In this document: positions 62,437-64,000 of the stretch, piece by piece
How the letters are laid out: every line of letters begins with the position of its first letter
How positions within the stretch are numbered: position 1 is the stretch's first letter
NCBI RefSeq assembly: GCF_963506605.1
Contig: NC_083284.1
Location: forward strand, 124,001 to 188,000
Length of the DNA stretch: 64,000 bases
Direction: 5' to 3'
DNA from: Zootoca vivipara
Taxonomy: Eukaryota
Made by a program: the position numbers and the translations under genes
Notes under the pieces: model-generated
Seen by the model: the letters and a program-made list of their open reading frames with translations, nothing else
Told to the model about the DNA's origin: nothing
The model's database searches: none

Positions 62437-63840
62437 CATTCTTGCATCCATCAACACTTGTTAACACTATTGAATTTATCTGAATGCTGCCAGCATTTTC
62501 AGCTGTATTTCACTCCTTTTCCTCTTGGCGGGGGCCGGCTTCTCCTTCCTTGCCTACAACCAGCTTTTGCCCCCCTTGGTCCAGGCAGGAGGGGCTCGGC
62601 ATGAGAGGGGCGTGCAAGGGGAGTGCTTGGGACCCAGACGGGCAGATTCCAGGCAGAGCCTCTCCTGACATGGAAGGAGAAGCCGCAGGGAGGTGGACCT
62701 TGGCCTGGGTGGGGCACATTGGAAGCAGCCTTCCTCGCTGGCTCCCTCTCAACACGGAAGGACACCTGTTTGCCCAAGGAGAATCTTGAGTACCGTAGCC
62801 CTGGGGGCACCTGCTCACCTGGCTATCTGGTAGCACAGCGGTGGGCATGGAGGAGTTTGAGTGGGGCTTGCCCTTTCTCCTTCGGTTTCATTGAAATTCC
62901 TGCTGATCAATAGCAAGCAAGAAACCCACCTTTGTAAATTAAGGAGAGCCTGCTGGATCAGGCCAAAGGGGCCCATCTAGTCCAGCACCCTGCTCTCCCA
63001 GATGCCCCAGTGGCGGACAGGATGCCCTCCTGTGGGTTCCAGCAACAGACCCCTCACGCCCCAATCCACAGAGTAGAGCTGGCTGGTGGCTCCCAGCAAG
63101 CGGAAGGGAAGCTCTGATGGTCTCCCTGGGTTGGGGCAATCCTGGCTCACGGATACCAAGGCGTAAGGCAAGCTCTTCTTCTGTGGGGTGTTGTGTCCAA
63201 GGCACTAGTGTGGAATCCTTGGGGTTTCACATTCCCTGCCTATGGCTTTGGGGAGGGGGGTGTCCTTGCTTGCTGGCAGTTGGCAACCCCTCCACCCAAG
63301 GATGATGGGCCTGCCTGTCGTTTTGGGGGCTGGATCCTGCTCGCGTTTGGGTGCTTTCCCTGGAGAAGGGAAGGCCCAGCGGGGACATGACGCCGCTCCT
63401 CAGATGCTGAAGAAAAAGGCCGGAGGGAGAGGGGGAAACATTTGGAGAAGCTTTTGTGCACAATTCAAAGTGTTGGTGCTGACATTTAAAGCCTTAAATG
63501 GCCTTGGCCCAGGATCCCTGAAGGAGCGTCTCCACCCCCATCATTCAGCCTGGACACTGAGGTCCAGCTCCGAGGGCCTTCTGGCAGTTCCCTCACTGTG
63601 AGAAGGGAGGTTACAGGGAACCAGGCAGAGGGCCTGCTTGGTGGTAGCTCCCTTGGTGGAACGCCCTCCCATCAGATGTCAAAGAAATAAACAACTATCT
63701 GATGTTTAGAAGACATCTGAAGGCTGCCCTGTTTAGGGAAGTTTTTAATATTTGATGTTTTATCGTGTTTTTAATAGTCTGTTGGGAGCCGTCCAGAGTG
63801 GCTGGGGAAACCCAGCCAGATAGGCGGGGTATAAATAATA

Positions 63841-63883
<43 letters not shown>

Positions 63884-64000
63884 TATTGTGCAGTGTTAGA
63901 AACAGGGATAGGGAAGCTAAGAGCCATGGGGCTCCTGGAAGCTGGGTGCTGAGCACCAAAACAAAATGTCTAGACCAGGCATCCCCAAACTGCAGCCCTC

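Overview
Vertebrate genomic DNA. The Sauria SINE, BovB, CR1, L2 and Penelope repeats point to a squamate, probably a lacertid lizard (inference). The window is the region syntenic to human 2p13.1: the 3' part of LOXL3 (+), complete HTRA2 (-), complete AUP1 (+, head-to-head with HTRA2) and the 5' start of DQX1 (+). AUP1 and DQX1 are immediate neighbours in human. Here a ~37 kb interval between them holds two intact multi-exon genes that the ORF track misses or fragments. One is a 6-exon, 157-aa BNIP3/NIX-family mitophagy-receptor paralogue (+) with LIR, MER-like and tail-anchor motifs and a promoter CACGTG. The other is a 3-coding-exon, 488-aa INSYN2/FAM196-family gene (-) with no DOCK host gene. 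Both are plausible extra whole-genome-duplication ohnologues lost in mammals. Other notable structures: two basic cassette micro-exons in LOXL3, a non-autonomous Helitron in HTRA2 intron 1, a perfect 82-bp Penelope-derived palindrome carrying minimal hammerhead-ribozyme motifs, and several hAT MITEs with 8-bp TSDs. Exon coordinates were derived by hand from GT-AG sites and phase continuity. Family assignments come from recalled protein motifs, not database searches.
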